Made by a program: the position numbers and the translations under genes. A stretch of DNA of 63,776 nt, filler included, from Octopus bimaculoides (lineage: Eukaryota): the NCBI RefSeq assembly GCF_001194135.2. It is 6 parts of 5 records of this genome, joined end to end, with 100 filler letters (N's around TTAATTAATTAA, not from the genome) between each part and the next. Parts side by side here need not be neighbours in the genome. Positions count along the whole stretch, not along the records: positions 47,063 to 57,146 come from NC_069000.1; positions 57,247 to 62,058 come from NC_068992.1; positions 62,159 to 63,776 come from NC_068984.1; 3 more parts are not named here. The stretch is one strand, 5' to 3'. Positions 52,235-63,776 of the stretch are shown piece after piece. The notes below the pieces were generated by a model that saw only the letters and a list, made by a program, of their open reading frames with translations, was not told where the DNA came from and searched no databases. Every line of letters begins with the position of its first letter. Position 1 is the first letter of the stretch.

Positions 52235-52466
52235 CAATTCCACTTCTTTATTGTTAGCCAATTGGTTAAATATCTTACCAACTAACTAACTAATCAATTG
52301 TTTGTTCAATGTGCTGTTTAACCAATAAATCAGTTATTTGTTCATCAAAGTTCCTTCATTGCTGTTTACGATCTTTTCAGTGACTCAGTGACATCCTCTC
52401 TCACTCAGACACTATGTCACTGAAAAGGTCGCAATCCAATTGACTAACAATAAAGAAGTGGTATTG
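52235..52466. repeat. Fold-back element with an insertion of about 100 bp in its left arm
   Basis: Outer arms 52235-52265 / 52436-52466 and inner arms 52370-52384 / 52416-52430 are reverse complements. Confidence 0.75.
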
Positions 52467-52846
52467 AACCAGTGCATGTGTTATTATTGGTGTAATTAAT
52501 AAGGTGGTGAGCTTGACAGAATCGTTAGCACAGTGGCCAAAATGCTTAGCAGCATTTCATCTGTCTTTATGTTCTGAGTTCAAATTCTGGTGAGGTCAAC
52601 TTTCCTTTTCATGCTTTCAGGGTCGATAAAATAAGTTCCAGTTGGACACTAGGGTCGATGTAATTAGCTTAACCCCTCCTCCGAAATTACTGGCCTTGTG
52701 TTAAAATATGAAGCCATTATTATTATTGGTGTAATGCCTCTCCCAAGACACAATTTATTTCAACACATGAACTCACATCAAGAATTTTGCAAACTAAATA
52801 CAAGAACGAAGTGTAATCTCTTTTGTTTTCTTCTACTCCATGCCAG

Positions 52847-52952
52847 GAAGCAAATGTCCTAAACTAGAGCCAGGTACTTTGCGCCTCTACAGTATGAGGT
52901 TCTGTCCTTTTGCTGAAAGAACCAGACTGGTTTTGCAACATAAACGTATTCC
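52847..52952 (+). CDS. GSTO1: Glutathione S-transferase omega, exon 2 (active-site exon)
   Basis: Polypyrimidine acceptor ...CCAG|G. Translates (G)[34 protein letters not shown](P), with the omega-class catalytic FCPFA motif. Donor CC|GTGAGT. Exon is 106 nt, phase 1 to phase 2. Confidence 0.95.
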
Positions 52953-53461
52953 GTGAGTAAAAAACTAATCTTCATTGTTAATCTAGTGTATGCGTGTGTG
53001 TGTGTGTGATTGTTGCTGTTCTTCTCTTCTTCCTCTGTCTCCCTCTCCAGTTCTGCTCAGATTGAGCAAACCTGCCTTAAATGGTATTCCTGTATTGTAA
53101 ATCCTTTTTCTTTTTTGTTTTTTTGTTGTTTTTTTTTGTTCAGACACAGTGCACCAAGGACTACTTTATTCCATATGTTCTACTTTGAGAGAATAGCTGT
53201 TATGTCTAGCCAGTCAGCTGATAAATAGAAGCTTTGTCGTGTGTCTGAATATCTATTTGTGTGTGTGAGAGAGAGAGGGGGGGAGGAAGGAAGAAAGAAA
53301 GAAAGGAAGGAAGAAAGAAAGTAAGAAAGAAAGAGTGCATGCATGTGTGTGTGTATCACGATTGAATTTTTGTGGCCCTTGTAGATCCAGTATTGTTGTT
53401 GTTGATAATAGTATCCTTATGGCTGTTGTTATTGTTGTCAGTGTGGTAAATTTTTTTATTG

Positions 53462-53548
53462 TTGTTGCAGCTGTTTACTGTTGTTCTTATTTCTGTAGCT
53501 GTTTACTGTTGTTCTTATTTCTGTAGCTGTTTACTGTTGTTCTTATTG
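53462..53548. repeat. 29-bp tandem repeat, about 3 copies
   Basis: TGTAGCTGTTTACTGTTGTTCTTATTTC-type unit repeated. Confidence 0.85.
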
Positions 53549-55689
53549 TTGTTGCAGCTATTGTTCTCGTTATTGTTGTGGAAGCTGTTGTTGTGGTCAT
53601 GTAGACACCACTTACCCTCTTCTAAACTGGTTGACCCTGCTTAACAATTATGTAGCACATTGCTATTAGAGCTATTCAACCCTAGGTTAATAATGATCAA
53701 ACAGGTCCAGCACCAAATGTGTTCCAGATATGACCATCCCCTACATACTAAACTTCACAAAAACCCTTAGATTTTTGCTGTCACAGCTTTTATAAAATTA
53801 ATTAAATTTATTAGATACATTGGTCAGTCATAAATGGCTGTTGTACTTATAGACAGAAAGAAAAGAACCAAGTGGACTATACTGTCAAACATTTTTACAT
53901 TCTCATCTCCCAACTCTTAACTGAACTCTATGCAAATGTATTTAAAACCATGTGACATATCAGTAATTTATTTAATTAAATTGACAGCCAAAAGTATGTC
54001 AAATATTTTGATTAGTCTACCTGTTTTAAAAGAATCATCATCATCATCATTCAACAGCCACTGTCCATGCTGGCATTGGTTAGATGGTTTAACTGGAGCT
54101 GGTAAGCTGGAGAGCTGCACAAAGTTCCAGTCTTATTCGGCTTGGTTTCTATGGCTGGATGCCCCTCCTAATACCAACCACTCTCAAGAGTGTACTGAGT
54201 GTCTTTTACATGTCACCAGCACAGGTGTCTTTTATGTGTCACCAGCACAGGTGTCTTTTATGTGTCACTGGCAAAGGTGTCTTTTACATGTCACCAGTAC
54301 TGCCCATGACCACAATTTCACTTAGCTTGATGTGTCTTCTCAAGCACAGCAAATCACCAGAAGTCTTAATAAATTGTCATTGCCTCCATGAGACTCAATA
54401 ATTTATCTAATAATTATGGCTTTAAACACACTTTCATAACGGTTAGGTAAGAGTGAATTCAATAATTACTGATGAGAATATAAACACATTGACCTCCATT
54501 TTTTCTGTCCACGGTCAAATTTGTATACACCTGATGGTCATTTAATGTGTCTAATTGATTTAAATTAGTTTACACATGAAGTGAAGGCTGAAATTTATGA
54601 AAAATAAACACTACTGACTTACCAGTAGTTTAGTCAAATAGTGTATATATCCTATATTTTTTAAAGACAATAAGATGTGATCTGAGGATGATTTAGTTGC
54701 TGTTTCTAACATAGAAGCTCCTTATTGGGTCCCTTGCTGTATAATGGCAAATATACAGTTACAGAAAGTAGAGAACTGGTGAAACATCTAGGTCTGACTT
54801 CACCAGATATTTCCTACCATTACCCTACAGAGGACTTCAGATGTTCACCATGCTGATTGTGTGGTCATAGTTGAATTGTCTAATTTTTGACCAGCAATAA
54901 AGTTGTTCCCTTTCCTTTTTTTTTTTATTTCATTTTATTATTATTTTTTTAACAATTTTAAGATAATAAGACTCTGAAAGAGATTTTTTTTTTTTTGCTG
55001 TTTCCAAGCAAACCAAGTGACTGCATGGAGCAGGCTTCCTTAACTTGGAGTATTGGAACTCAAGACTGGAGGTTGTGGTAGTCAATCACTGGTAATATTT
55101 GCTTTAAATGTAACAAGACCCACTCTGAATTACATTCTTTACATTTCCCTAAAATTCTATAAGATTATGCTCTTTACATTCTGAGTTCAAATTCCACTGT
55201 CAACTTTGCCTTTCAACCATTTGGGATTGATAAAATATCTGTCAAGTAGAAGGGGTGGATTTAAATGACTAACTCCTTTCCCCAAATCCGAGCTTTATTT
55301 AGTCCATCTCTGTCGGTCAACTGTATTACCTCCTCTTCAGTTAATGTGTAAGTAGCTGAGCTTTCCACAAACGTAAATACTAAAACAGAATCAGCATGAT
55401 GCAGAGTGTAACAAAGTTGTACTTTTGAAATACAAGTACAATCCACTCAACAATCTTCTATACACTTTCCATCTACCGAATTTCACTCTCTACATAAAGG
55501 TCAACACAAAGCTATAGGAAGCGACATTTGCCCATCATGCCACACAACAGAACTGAACCCAGCTGCATGTGGTTGATAAAGGAATTCCTTAACCATTCAG
55601 CTATACTGTGCCTATTTATGCTTAGTACTTAGAAATCCTTTCTTTAGAGTTACCTCCCTTGCTTGGTGCCTTGAGAGTTTTAAACACGC

Positions 55690-56270
55690 TTAACTCCAAG
55701 AAGGAAATTTTGTCAACTTTTGAAGTTTTTCCAATTCCCTATATTACAAACTGGAAAATACTTCAGCATCTACCTCCCACCCCACAATCACTGACACTCT
55801 ACACAGTTCAGGTTTGGTCCACAATCAAGTATTGCTCCCACTTTTTGGACATTGCATTGCTACTATTGAACACCCAAGCATCCCAGGCTGCTTCCAGAGA
55901 CAGGTCACTTGACAGATTGCCATAAAGTCACCCACAGCTTTTATGTCATTCAGTCTCTGGCCCTCGGGTATACTCTCTCTCCTTCCTTTGCTTTTTCTTC
56001 CACAACTATAATAGTCACTGTGACCCTCAGAGTTGACTGATCTTGTGCTGACTCTACACAGGCACTCCTGACTCACTCATCTCTCCTCCTCCTCCTCCTC
56101 TCATGGCACATGTGGTGTTGAATATTTCACCTCCCTCACTAACCACTCGACCCAGTCTTCCTCCCATGAACATCATTCCTTGAACTCTTTTCCTCTGCTC
56201 ATGTCTTTCCTACACTTGTTGACAGGTAACAGTTTAATCAAAACATTGACAGCAACAATTTCACTGCTTT
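55690..56270 (+). mobile_element. Decayed non-LTR retrotransposon 3' region (CR1/L2/Jockey-like)
   Basis: LTLYTVQVWSTIKYCSHF resembles LYKAQVRPxLEYCSHxW; a later broken frame resembles NSLPAHVFP. Confidence 0.55.
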
Positions 56271-56383
56271 CAGAAAGCATACAAGGGCCATGACCATTTC
56301 CCTGTCTGCCAAAACAATTAAATAAACCAAAAAATTTTAGCTGATCACTTCTAAGTCTTGCCAACTGAAGTGAATATACTTCG

Positions 56384-56416
56384 TTGATGAGGCCTAACAA
56401 GACTGAAACATGTCTG
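56384..56416 (+). ncRNA. Degenerate solo hammerhead motif
   Basis: UUGAUGA-GGCC[uaacaa]GACU-GAAA-CAUG-U-C. C3 is replaced by U; GUC triplet and palindromic ACAUGU are retained. Same stem II/III family as 16582-16623. Confidence 0.55.
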
Positions 56417-56820
56417 CTGCTTTCAACACGTTGGCTTCAAAGAACAGAACTACAATTAGCTGCACTGTATTTTCCTAAAGTCTATCATGATTAAAATTGT
56501 CTCCCTTGCTTTTAGAATTTAGAATTTAATCAGTATTAAAGGGAGCTTTTATTTTTTTATTACAAGGACAATCTTATTTAATTGAAGTTTCTTATGTCAC
56601 TGTAATGCATATATACGTGAAATTCAACTGTTTGTCTATGTGTTTATGTATATGTTTATGTATTCACGTGTGTGTGTGTGTATGTATGTACATATATATA
56701 AATACACACACTATAACAAAGTAGTCTACTCTGAATTTTTCCTGTGGCTGTTCACAACTGTCCAACGAATTGTTTGAACTACATAAACTGTACTATTATA
56801 TACTTAACAACACTACATAC

Positions 56821-56858
<38 letters not shown>

Positions 56859-56920
56859 ATTATGTATGTATGTATGTATTACGTATGTATTATGTATGTA
56901 TGTATGTATGTACACACAAG

Positions 56921-57108
56921 CAAGTGCTGAAAAGTTCTTGGCTTTGGGCATAAGAAAATACGGGAGGATTTGTTAATTGTGATTTTATGCAATGTATTCC
57001 CCTCTCAGATTTACACTGACTTATTATATGTTGGATAAAATCATAATTAACTGATCGTCTTGTTGTTTCTTTTACCCAAAGCCAGGAAATTCTCAGCCCC
57101 CACCCCTG
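56921..57108. mobile_element. Short mariner-type MITE
   Basis: Degenerate TIRs GTGCTGAAAAGTTCTTGGCTTTGGG / CCCAAAGCCAGGAAATTCTCAGCCC, related to the 29 kb mariner end. Confidence 0.6.
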
Positions 57109-57111
57109 TGC

Positions 57112-57146
<35 letters not shown>

Positions 57147-57421
57147 NNNNNNNNNNNNNNNNNNNNNNNNNNNNNNNNNNNNNNNNNNNNTTAATTAATT
57201 AANNNNNNNNNNNNNNNNNNNNNNNNNNNNNNNNNNNNNNNNNNNNATATATATATATATATATATATAAGTTCAAAAAAACAATAACAAAAAAACAACA
57301 AAGTGAGGACGTGATACGGATAGTGTTATTGGACGCTCGGGAAAGGAAATATATTTATATATATGGGTTTGGCGATGCAAAGAGGATAAATAGAACTCAA
57401 AACATGAGTATACAAGTATAT

Positions 57422-57655
57422 TCTTATTTCTTTATTGCCCACAAGGGGCTAAACATAGAAGGGACAAACAAGGAGAGACAAAGGGATTAAGTCGATTATA
57501 TCGACCCTAGTGCATAACTGGTACGTAATTTATCGACCCCGAAAGGATGAAAGCAAAGTCGACCTCGGGGGAATTTGAACTCAGAACATAGCGGCAGACG
57601 AAATACCGCTAAGCATTTCGCCCGGCGTGCTAACGCTTCTGCCAGCTCACCGCCA
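57422..57655 (-). mobile_element. SINE family A, near full length
   Basis: Reverse complement of 27088-27322. Confidence 0.9.
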
Positions 57656-57705
57656 TACAAGCATATTCTATCAATATTTAACAGAAAGAAGAGAGTGTCT
57701 CTCTC

Positions 57706-57753
<48 letters not shown>

Positions 57754-59844
57754 TCTCTCTGTCTCTCTCTGTCTGTTTGTCTGTCTGAAAAGCAATAATA
57801 TATATATGTACTTTATTAACATGTATGAAGATTATATGCCATACGTAGGCATTTGTGAATCAGGATCATAAATAACGTCATGTATATATATTTTTGTACT
57901 GGCATCGTTATTTGAATTTGTTTCTCACATTTACAAACCTTCTGTGTAGATTCCTTTTTGTTTAGGTCCCTTCTTTATCCTTAAGCATAACTGCTCATTT
58001 ATAAAGACCTTTCTGATTAACGTTTCTACTCAGAGCACAGGAACATCCTCCAAGAAAAAGTATATGAACTGTCTTATGCATTGAACGGAAAAGAATGAGG
58101 TGAAAGTCATTTTCGTTTTGACTGAACTAAATGAAGTAAATAAAACTAAGGAACCGAAATATTTGTTTAGAAGTGGAAAATATGCTACTAGAAAATACTA
58201 GTTGAATCCATCGGAAAATACTTCATCAACATAGGAAAGGAAATAAAGTAAAGCAATAAAAAATGGAAAAGAAAAAAGCTTACGATAACTTCGAGAGTGA
58301 AATGGATGCGAATCTGAAGAATGTTGAAACTGATAAAAAGAAGAACACTTTTAAAATGTTTTATAAGTGCAGGAGTGGCTGTTTGATAAGTAGATTGCTT
58401 AGCAGCCACATTGTTCCTGGTTCAGTCCCACTGCGTGGAACCTTGGGCAAGTGTCTTCTACTGTAGCCTTGTGAATGGATTTGGTACACGGAAACTGAAA
58501 GAAGCCCGTCGTATATATATATATATNNNNNNNNNNNNNNNNNNNNNNNNNNNNNNNNNNNNNNNNNNNNNNNNNNNNNNNNNNNNNNNNNNNNNNNNNN
58601 NNNNNNNNNNNNNNNNNNNNNNNNNNNNNNNNNNNNNNNNNNNNNNNNNNNNNNNNNNNNNNNNNNNNNNNNNNNNNNNNNNNNNNNNNNNNNNNNNNNN
58701 NNNNNNNNNNNNNNNNNNNNNNNNNNNNNNNNNNNNNNNNNNNNNNNNNNNNNNNNNNNNNNNNNNNNNNNNNNNNNNNNNNNNNNNNNNNNNNNNNNNN
58801 NNNNNNNNNNNNNNNNNNNNNNNNNNNNNNNNNNNNNNNNNNNNNNNNNNNNNNNNNNNNNNNNNNNNNNNNNNNNNNNNNNNNNNNNNNNNNNNNNNNN
58901 NNNNNNNNNNNNNNNNNNNNNNNNNNNNNNNNNNNNNNNNNNNNNNNNNNNNNNNNNNNNNNNGGTTGCCTACAAGCCACATAGTTTCGGGTTCAGTCCC
59001 ACTGCCTGGAACCTTGGGTACGTGTCTTCTACTATAGCCTCGGGCCGACTAAAGCCTTGTGAGTGGTTTTGGCAGACGGAAACTGAAAGAAGCCCGTCGT
59101 ATATATATATATATGCATGTATTTTTATGGATCTTTGTGGTTTTCGTCACTGTTTACAATTATCTAAATTTTTTTTTTAATGCATCATATAAATGTAAAT
59201 TTTGACGCTGAATCTGAATAATTTGTTATCCATTTATTCCAGAAAAAAGTTTGCAAAAATGTTGTAGGTATTCAAATTTTGATAATTTTCAGAATTTTTT
59301 ACCAATCAGAAAACAGCGCGTTCGCGGCCTCTTTCATCATGAGGTAGAGTGGTGGTTGTGAGGGCATGGAGGAGGGGGGGCATCGGCGTGTCAAAATTTT
59401 AAACTATCTACACTAAGCAGTAAAAAGCATGAAAAAATTCACGAGCAAAATTAAATATTTAAAAGCTACGAACAAATCAACAGGAGTTACTAGAAATATC
59501 AGCCAAAACATTAAAATATACACGAGCAAAATAAACAGTGAAAACAGGGAAAAGCATTCGCGAACAAATTAAATATTTAAAAGCTACGAGAAAACCAACA
59601 GGAGTTGCAAGAAATAAGAGTTAAAACATTGCTTAAAACACATTTATTAGTTAAAAAATTCAAGAACAAATGTTTGCAATCCACTCTAGGCTTTATTAAA
59701 TAAATTATCTTTCTCACATCTCCTCCACATAAATTCACAACCATAGAACGGTGTGTTCCACACCGGCGTTTGCTTCCACGTTTTAAAGATGTTCAGGTAC
59801 TCTCAATTTGTTGATTACACTCAATTTGGTAGTTTCATTCCTTG

Positions 59845-59930
59845 TGCGCATGCGCAGCATCTGTGGTTACTATGAAAACAGAGTTCTTCGCTACGGCGAT
59901 GTGTAAAATATTCTCTTCTGATTGGCTAAA
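59845..59930. promoter_or_regulatory. NRF1 palindrome, X-box-like motif and CCAAT box
   Basis: TGCGCATGCGCA (59845-59856), GTTACTATGAAAAC (59866-59879) and GATTGGCT near 59920, in CpG-rich sequence. Confidence 0.45.
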
Positions 59931-60369
59931 ATACAAAAAATTTGTAAATTTTAAAGGCTAATAAGTTTCTAATTATGGAATTATAAGAAAAACGAATTTC
60001 ATTTTCATAATAGGAATATGAAACTGTATCCATACAACAAATTTGAAAACAATTGGAACAAAATTGTAAGCAGTGATGAAAATCACAAAGATCCATTTGT
60101 GTGTCTGTGCTTGTTCCCCCACTAACGCTTGACAACCAATGCTGGTGTGTTTAGTCTCTGTAAGCCAGCGGTTCGGCAAAAGGGTCCGATGGAATAATTA
60201 ATAGGCTTACAAAGAATAAATCCTGGAGTCGATTTATTCGACTGAAGGTGGTGCTTCAGCATGGCCGCATTCAACTGACTGAAACAAATAAGAGAATAAA
60301 AGAATGAAAGAATAACTCTGAAAATGATTCGCTGCAAAACAGGTTTCAAAGGAAATATAATGAAAATCT

Positions 60370-61060
60370 CGTGGCTCGGTGGTTAGGGTAGCCGGTTCAC
60401 GATAATGAGGTCGTGAGCTCGACTCCAGACAGTGCGTTGTTTCCTTGAATAAAACACTTTATTTTCACGTTGCTCCAGTCCACTTAGGTGGGCAAAAATA
60501 AGTAGCACCTGTATTTCAAAGGAGCCAACCTTGTCACACTGAATCTTCCTGGGGACTACATTAATGGTATGCGAGTCTGCGGAGTACTCATCCACTTGCA
60601 CGTTAATTTCATGAGCAGGCTGATGCGTTGGTCGGATCAACTGGAATACTCGTCGTCGCAGCCGACGGAGTGCCAGTATAATAATTTGAATTCTACAAGA
60701 GGGCCAGATTTATTGACTCTAATGCCAGGTTAGACACCGGTGTAAGTGAAGGCACATAGTAAAGTATTTAGAGTAACCGACCCACGATCGTAAGGCCGTG
60801 AGTTCGATACCCGGTGGCACGTTGTGCCCTTTAACAAGACACTTCATTTCACATTGCTCCAGTCCACTCAGCTGGCAAAAGTGAGTTGTACCTGTAATTT
60901 AAAAGGGGCCAGCCTTGTGCCACCTTGAAACTCCTTGAGAACGTTGCTAAGGGTACGCGTGTTTGTGGAGTGCTCAGTCACTTCCTCGTTAATTGCATGG
61001 GCAGGCTGTTCCGTTGATCGGGTGGATTAGAACCCTCGTCGTTGTAACCGATGGAATGCT
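60370..61060 (+). mobile_element. Two tandem CORE-type SINE (family D) copies
   Basis: Copies at about 60370-60675 and 60745-61060 share the head, core and GTCGTCG...CCGACGGAGTGC-type tail. Confidence 0.85.
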
Positions 61061-61529
61061 GGATACATGCCTGGGTTGAAATTCATGACCTGAAAAAAAT
61101 TCTATATTAGTTTCAAGGACCATAGATTTAATTTTATTTGTAATCCCCACTCATAACTTATTGCTCTTACGGAAATTAAACTTCATAGAATAAGCAAAAT
61201 TACATTGGAATAAAAAATAAAATAGGAGAATGTCCCAGATCAATCTGTACAAAATGATATATCTGTAAATGAATGGTGATGAAGGGGAAAAACCGCCCCA
61301 AAATATGGCACATACACATATTACCCATTTCTGTCTTCGATCTCATTATTTACATCTGACGTCTCAATGCGAAACGTTGTAGCAAAATTCATTGCTGGCT
61401 AAAATTTCTATAGGATATTTGTAGTAATAACCTTAACAAAATAATGTAAAGAGCACTGCTTACGCAATAGAACGTGGTGCTAACTTATGAAAAACATTTA
61501 ACATATGGCGAACGTGGTTAAGAGCGCGG

Positions 61530-61600
61530 GCATATAGCATAGTGGTTAAGAGCGTGGGCTACTAACCCCAAGATTCCGAGTTCGATTCCAGGCAATGACT

Positions 61601-61634
<34 letters not shown>

Positions 61635-61775
61635 TAACATCGAAAAATACCTTAGGATGAGAACCCAGGTTCGAAATTTCCCCAAGACTGGAGAGTATAT
61701 CAGCCGAAACGTTGTGTTAACAACAAAGATAAGAACAAATATCCGTCAAACGTAAATAATGTAAATAATGTACAT
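61530..61775 (+). mobile_element. SINE family E copy with the hammerhead core deleted
   Basis: Colinear with 9499-9755 but reads CCCAAGA|CTGGAGAGTATATCAGCCGAAACGTTGTGTT, lacking CACCTGATGAAGG. Confidence 0.85.
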
Positions 61776-62186
61776 AATTGCTCATCTCTTAAATATAGAA
61801 TTGTATATTATAGTTGCATAGCGAAATACCTGCATACTCCATTACTTTTTGTAGCCTTTCATTTCGTCTTCTTGTTTCAGTCATTGGACTGAGGCCATGC
61901 AGGCACCACCACAGAGTACTAAGTCGAAGAAATCGACCCAAGTACTTTTCTTTCTATCGGTATCTTTCTGACGAACCGCTAAGTTCAGAGGACATAAGCA
62001 AGCCAACACGGTTGTCAAGCGGTGGTGGGAGGCAAACTGACATGGACATACACCACGCNNNNNNNNNNNNNNNNNNNNNNNNNNNNNNNNNNNNNNNNNN
62101 NNTTAATTAATTAANNNNNNNNNNNNNNNNNNNNNNNNNNNNNNNNNNNNNNNNNNNNGTGTGTGTGTGTGTGTGTGTGTGTGTGT

Positions 62187-63438
62187 GGTCATCCCATAAA
62201 CAATGTCCGAAATATCGTAGATGTGATTTCTATCAAATTTTGCTGTATTCTAAAATGTCAAATGATATTCATTGATATTCATATGAATTTGGAAACTTTA
62301 AACTTAATATAATTTATTTTTACAGAATAATCTGAGTGAATTAATTCCTAATCTTAACATCTCAAAGATGGATGTTTCGAAGGATCACTTAAGGCTGATA
62401 ATGCCTTATGAGTCCAAAAAAGGAAACGGTGCAGCGGAAGCAACGCGAAATATCCATTCTGTTTATGGGGAAGAATGCTTGAATGAAAGAAGTTGCAGAA
62501 GATGGTTTGTAAAGTTCAAAACGGATGATTTCAGTCTAAGGGGAGAGGCCACGAATAGGATGCCCTGTTGAATTTGATGATAAACTTCTTTTGTCAGAGC
62601 TTTGGAAGAATAATGCTGTGTCAGCTGAAGAATAGGCAACTGTTCACTGCCATCTTCAACGGCTTGGAAAGGTGCCCAAACTCGGAAAATGGGTTACCTG
62701 TGATTTGACAGAAGCCAACCGGAAACCACGAATGAACACCAACTCATCTCTTCACTCGAGTGAACCCTTTTTGGACAGGTTAGCGACCGGTGATGGGAAA
62801 TGGATTTTTAATGAAAATCTTAAGCGATACAGGCAATGGTTAGGTTGCGGAGAACGGGTTAAACCTCAACCCAAACAGGACCTCTATGCAAAAAAAGGTT
62901 CTTCCTTCTGTTTTGGTGGGGTTGCATTGGTATCATCGACTTCGAGCTGCTACCAACTAATGCAATAATTACTGCTCATATCTATTGCCCACAATTAGAG
63001 CATTTGGATGCTACTTTGAAGGCAAAAAGCCTGCTTTGGCGAATCGTAAGGAAGTGGTGTTCCTTCACGATAATGCAAGGCCCCACACTGCAAAAATTAC
63101 ATTAAAAAAAAAATGGAAGAACTTGGCTGGGAAAAGTCCCTCACCCGCCTTATTCCCTGGACCTCGTTCCTTCTGATTACCATTTGTTCCGAAGCTTAAA
63201 GAATCACTTGGATGGATTAGTACTGAAAAGTCCCAAAGAGGTTGAAACTGACCTCTCTTCCTTCTTCTCATCAAAACCAAGAGTTTTTTGTTGTTTTTTT
63301 GCCATTGGAATTAAAAGTCTGAGTAGATGGAGGGAAATCATCGATAATGATGGGAATTATATACAGGATCAAATTTTCATAATTGGATCCCTTTTTTTCC
63401 TTTTCCAAAATTTGGATATTACTTATGGGATGACCTGA
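62187..63438 (+). pseudogene. Near full-length mariner (about 1.25 kb), decayed transposase
   Basis: TIRs GGTCATCCCATAA / CTTATGGGATGACCTGA|TA. ORF pieces include DHLRLIMPYESKKGNGAAEA, LDRLATGDGKWIF, LHDNARPH and FRSLKNHL. Same TIR family as 38798-39868. Confidence 0.92.
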
Positions 63439-63737
63439 TATACATCTCTATGTGTGTATTTTTGTGTCTGTATTTGTCCCTCCATCACCGCTTGTCAACG
63501 GTATGTTTACGTCTCGTAACTTAGTGGTTCAGCAAAAGAGACCGATAAATTAAGTACTAGGCTTACAAATAATAAGCCCTGGGGGTCGATTTGTTCGACT
63601 AAAACCCCTCAAGGCAATGCACCAGCATGGCCGCAGTCACATGACTGAAACTAGTAGAAGAATAGAAGAAAGAACATGTGTGTGTATATATGTACATGTG
63701 TGTATATTTGCGTGTGTGTATGTATGTGTATATATAA

Positions 63738-63776
<39 letters not shown>

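Noticed and set aside
58263-58366. ORF MEKKKAYDNFESEMDANLKNVETDKKKNTFK and an internal CTGAAGAATGTTGAAA
   Set aside because: No splice donor or recognisable homology, and it runs into a SINE. The HHR-like spacing leaves no real stem II or III.
61340-61385. CTGACGTCTCAATGCGAAACGTTGT resembling the family E HHR end
   Set aside because: A9 is missing and stem II cannot form; too degenerate to call.

Overview
AT-rich, microsatellite-dense eukaryotic genomic DNA with many N gaps, some carrying a TTAATTAATTAA scaffold linker. The repeat landscape (tRNA/CORE-type SINEs, RTE, CR1-like, R4/Dong-like and Penelope-like retroelements, mariners, hAT/piggyBac/Tc1 MITEs) looks like an octopod cephalopod; that is an inference, not a database result. 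The only host gene I can support is a glutathione S-transferase omega on the + strand: exon 1 CDS at 48482-48509 and exon 2 at 52847-52952 with the FCPFA active-site motif. Later exons were not found. Nearly all listed ORFs are microsatellite or gap artefacts, or decayed TE fragments. The main unexplained signal is a set of minimal type I hammerhead ribozyme (HHR) motifs with palindromic stem III, found by reading for CUGANGA...GAAA...UH plus stem pairing. They occur in three settings: (i) in the arms of two long fold-back elements (7.7-7.9 kb and 13.7-14.0 kb), (ii) in the 3' part of a tRNA-headed SINE (9.5-9.75 kb, with a core-deleted sister copy at 61.5-61.8 kb), and (iii) as solo copies (11.3, 16.6, 56.4 and possibly 40.7 kb). 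A Penelope-like RT remnant at 50 kb is a plausible source family. Other notable items are a TSD-bounded, internally inverted RTE insertion with a twin-priming-like structure, a possible mitochondrial-targeting N-terminal extension of GSTO, and an NRF1/X-box/CCAAT promoter-like cluster at 59.3-59.9 kb. All folds were assigned by eye and no cleavage activity has been shown.
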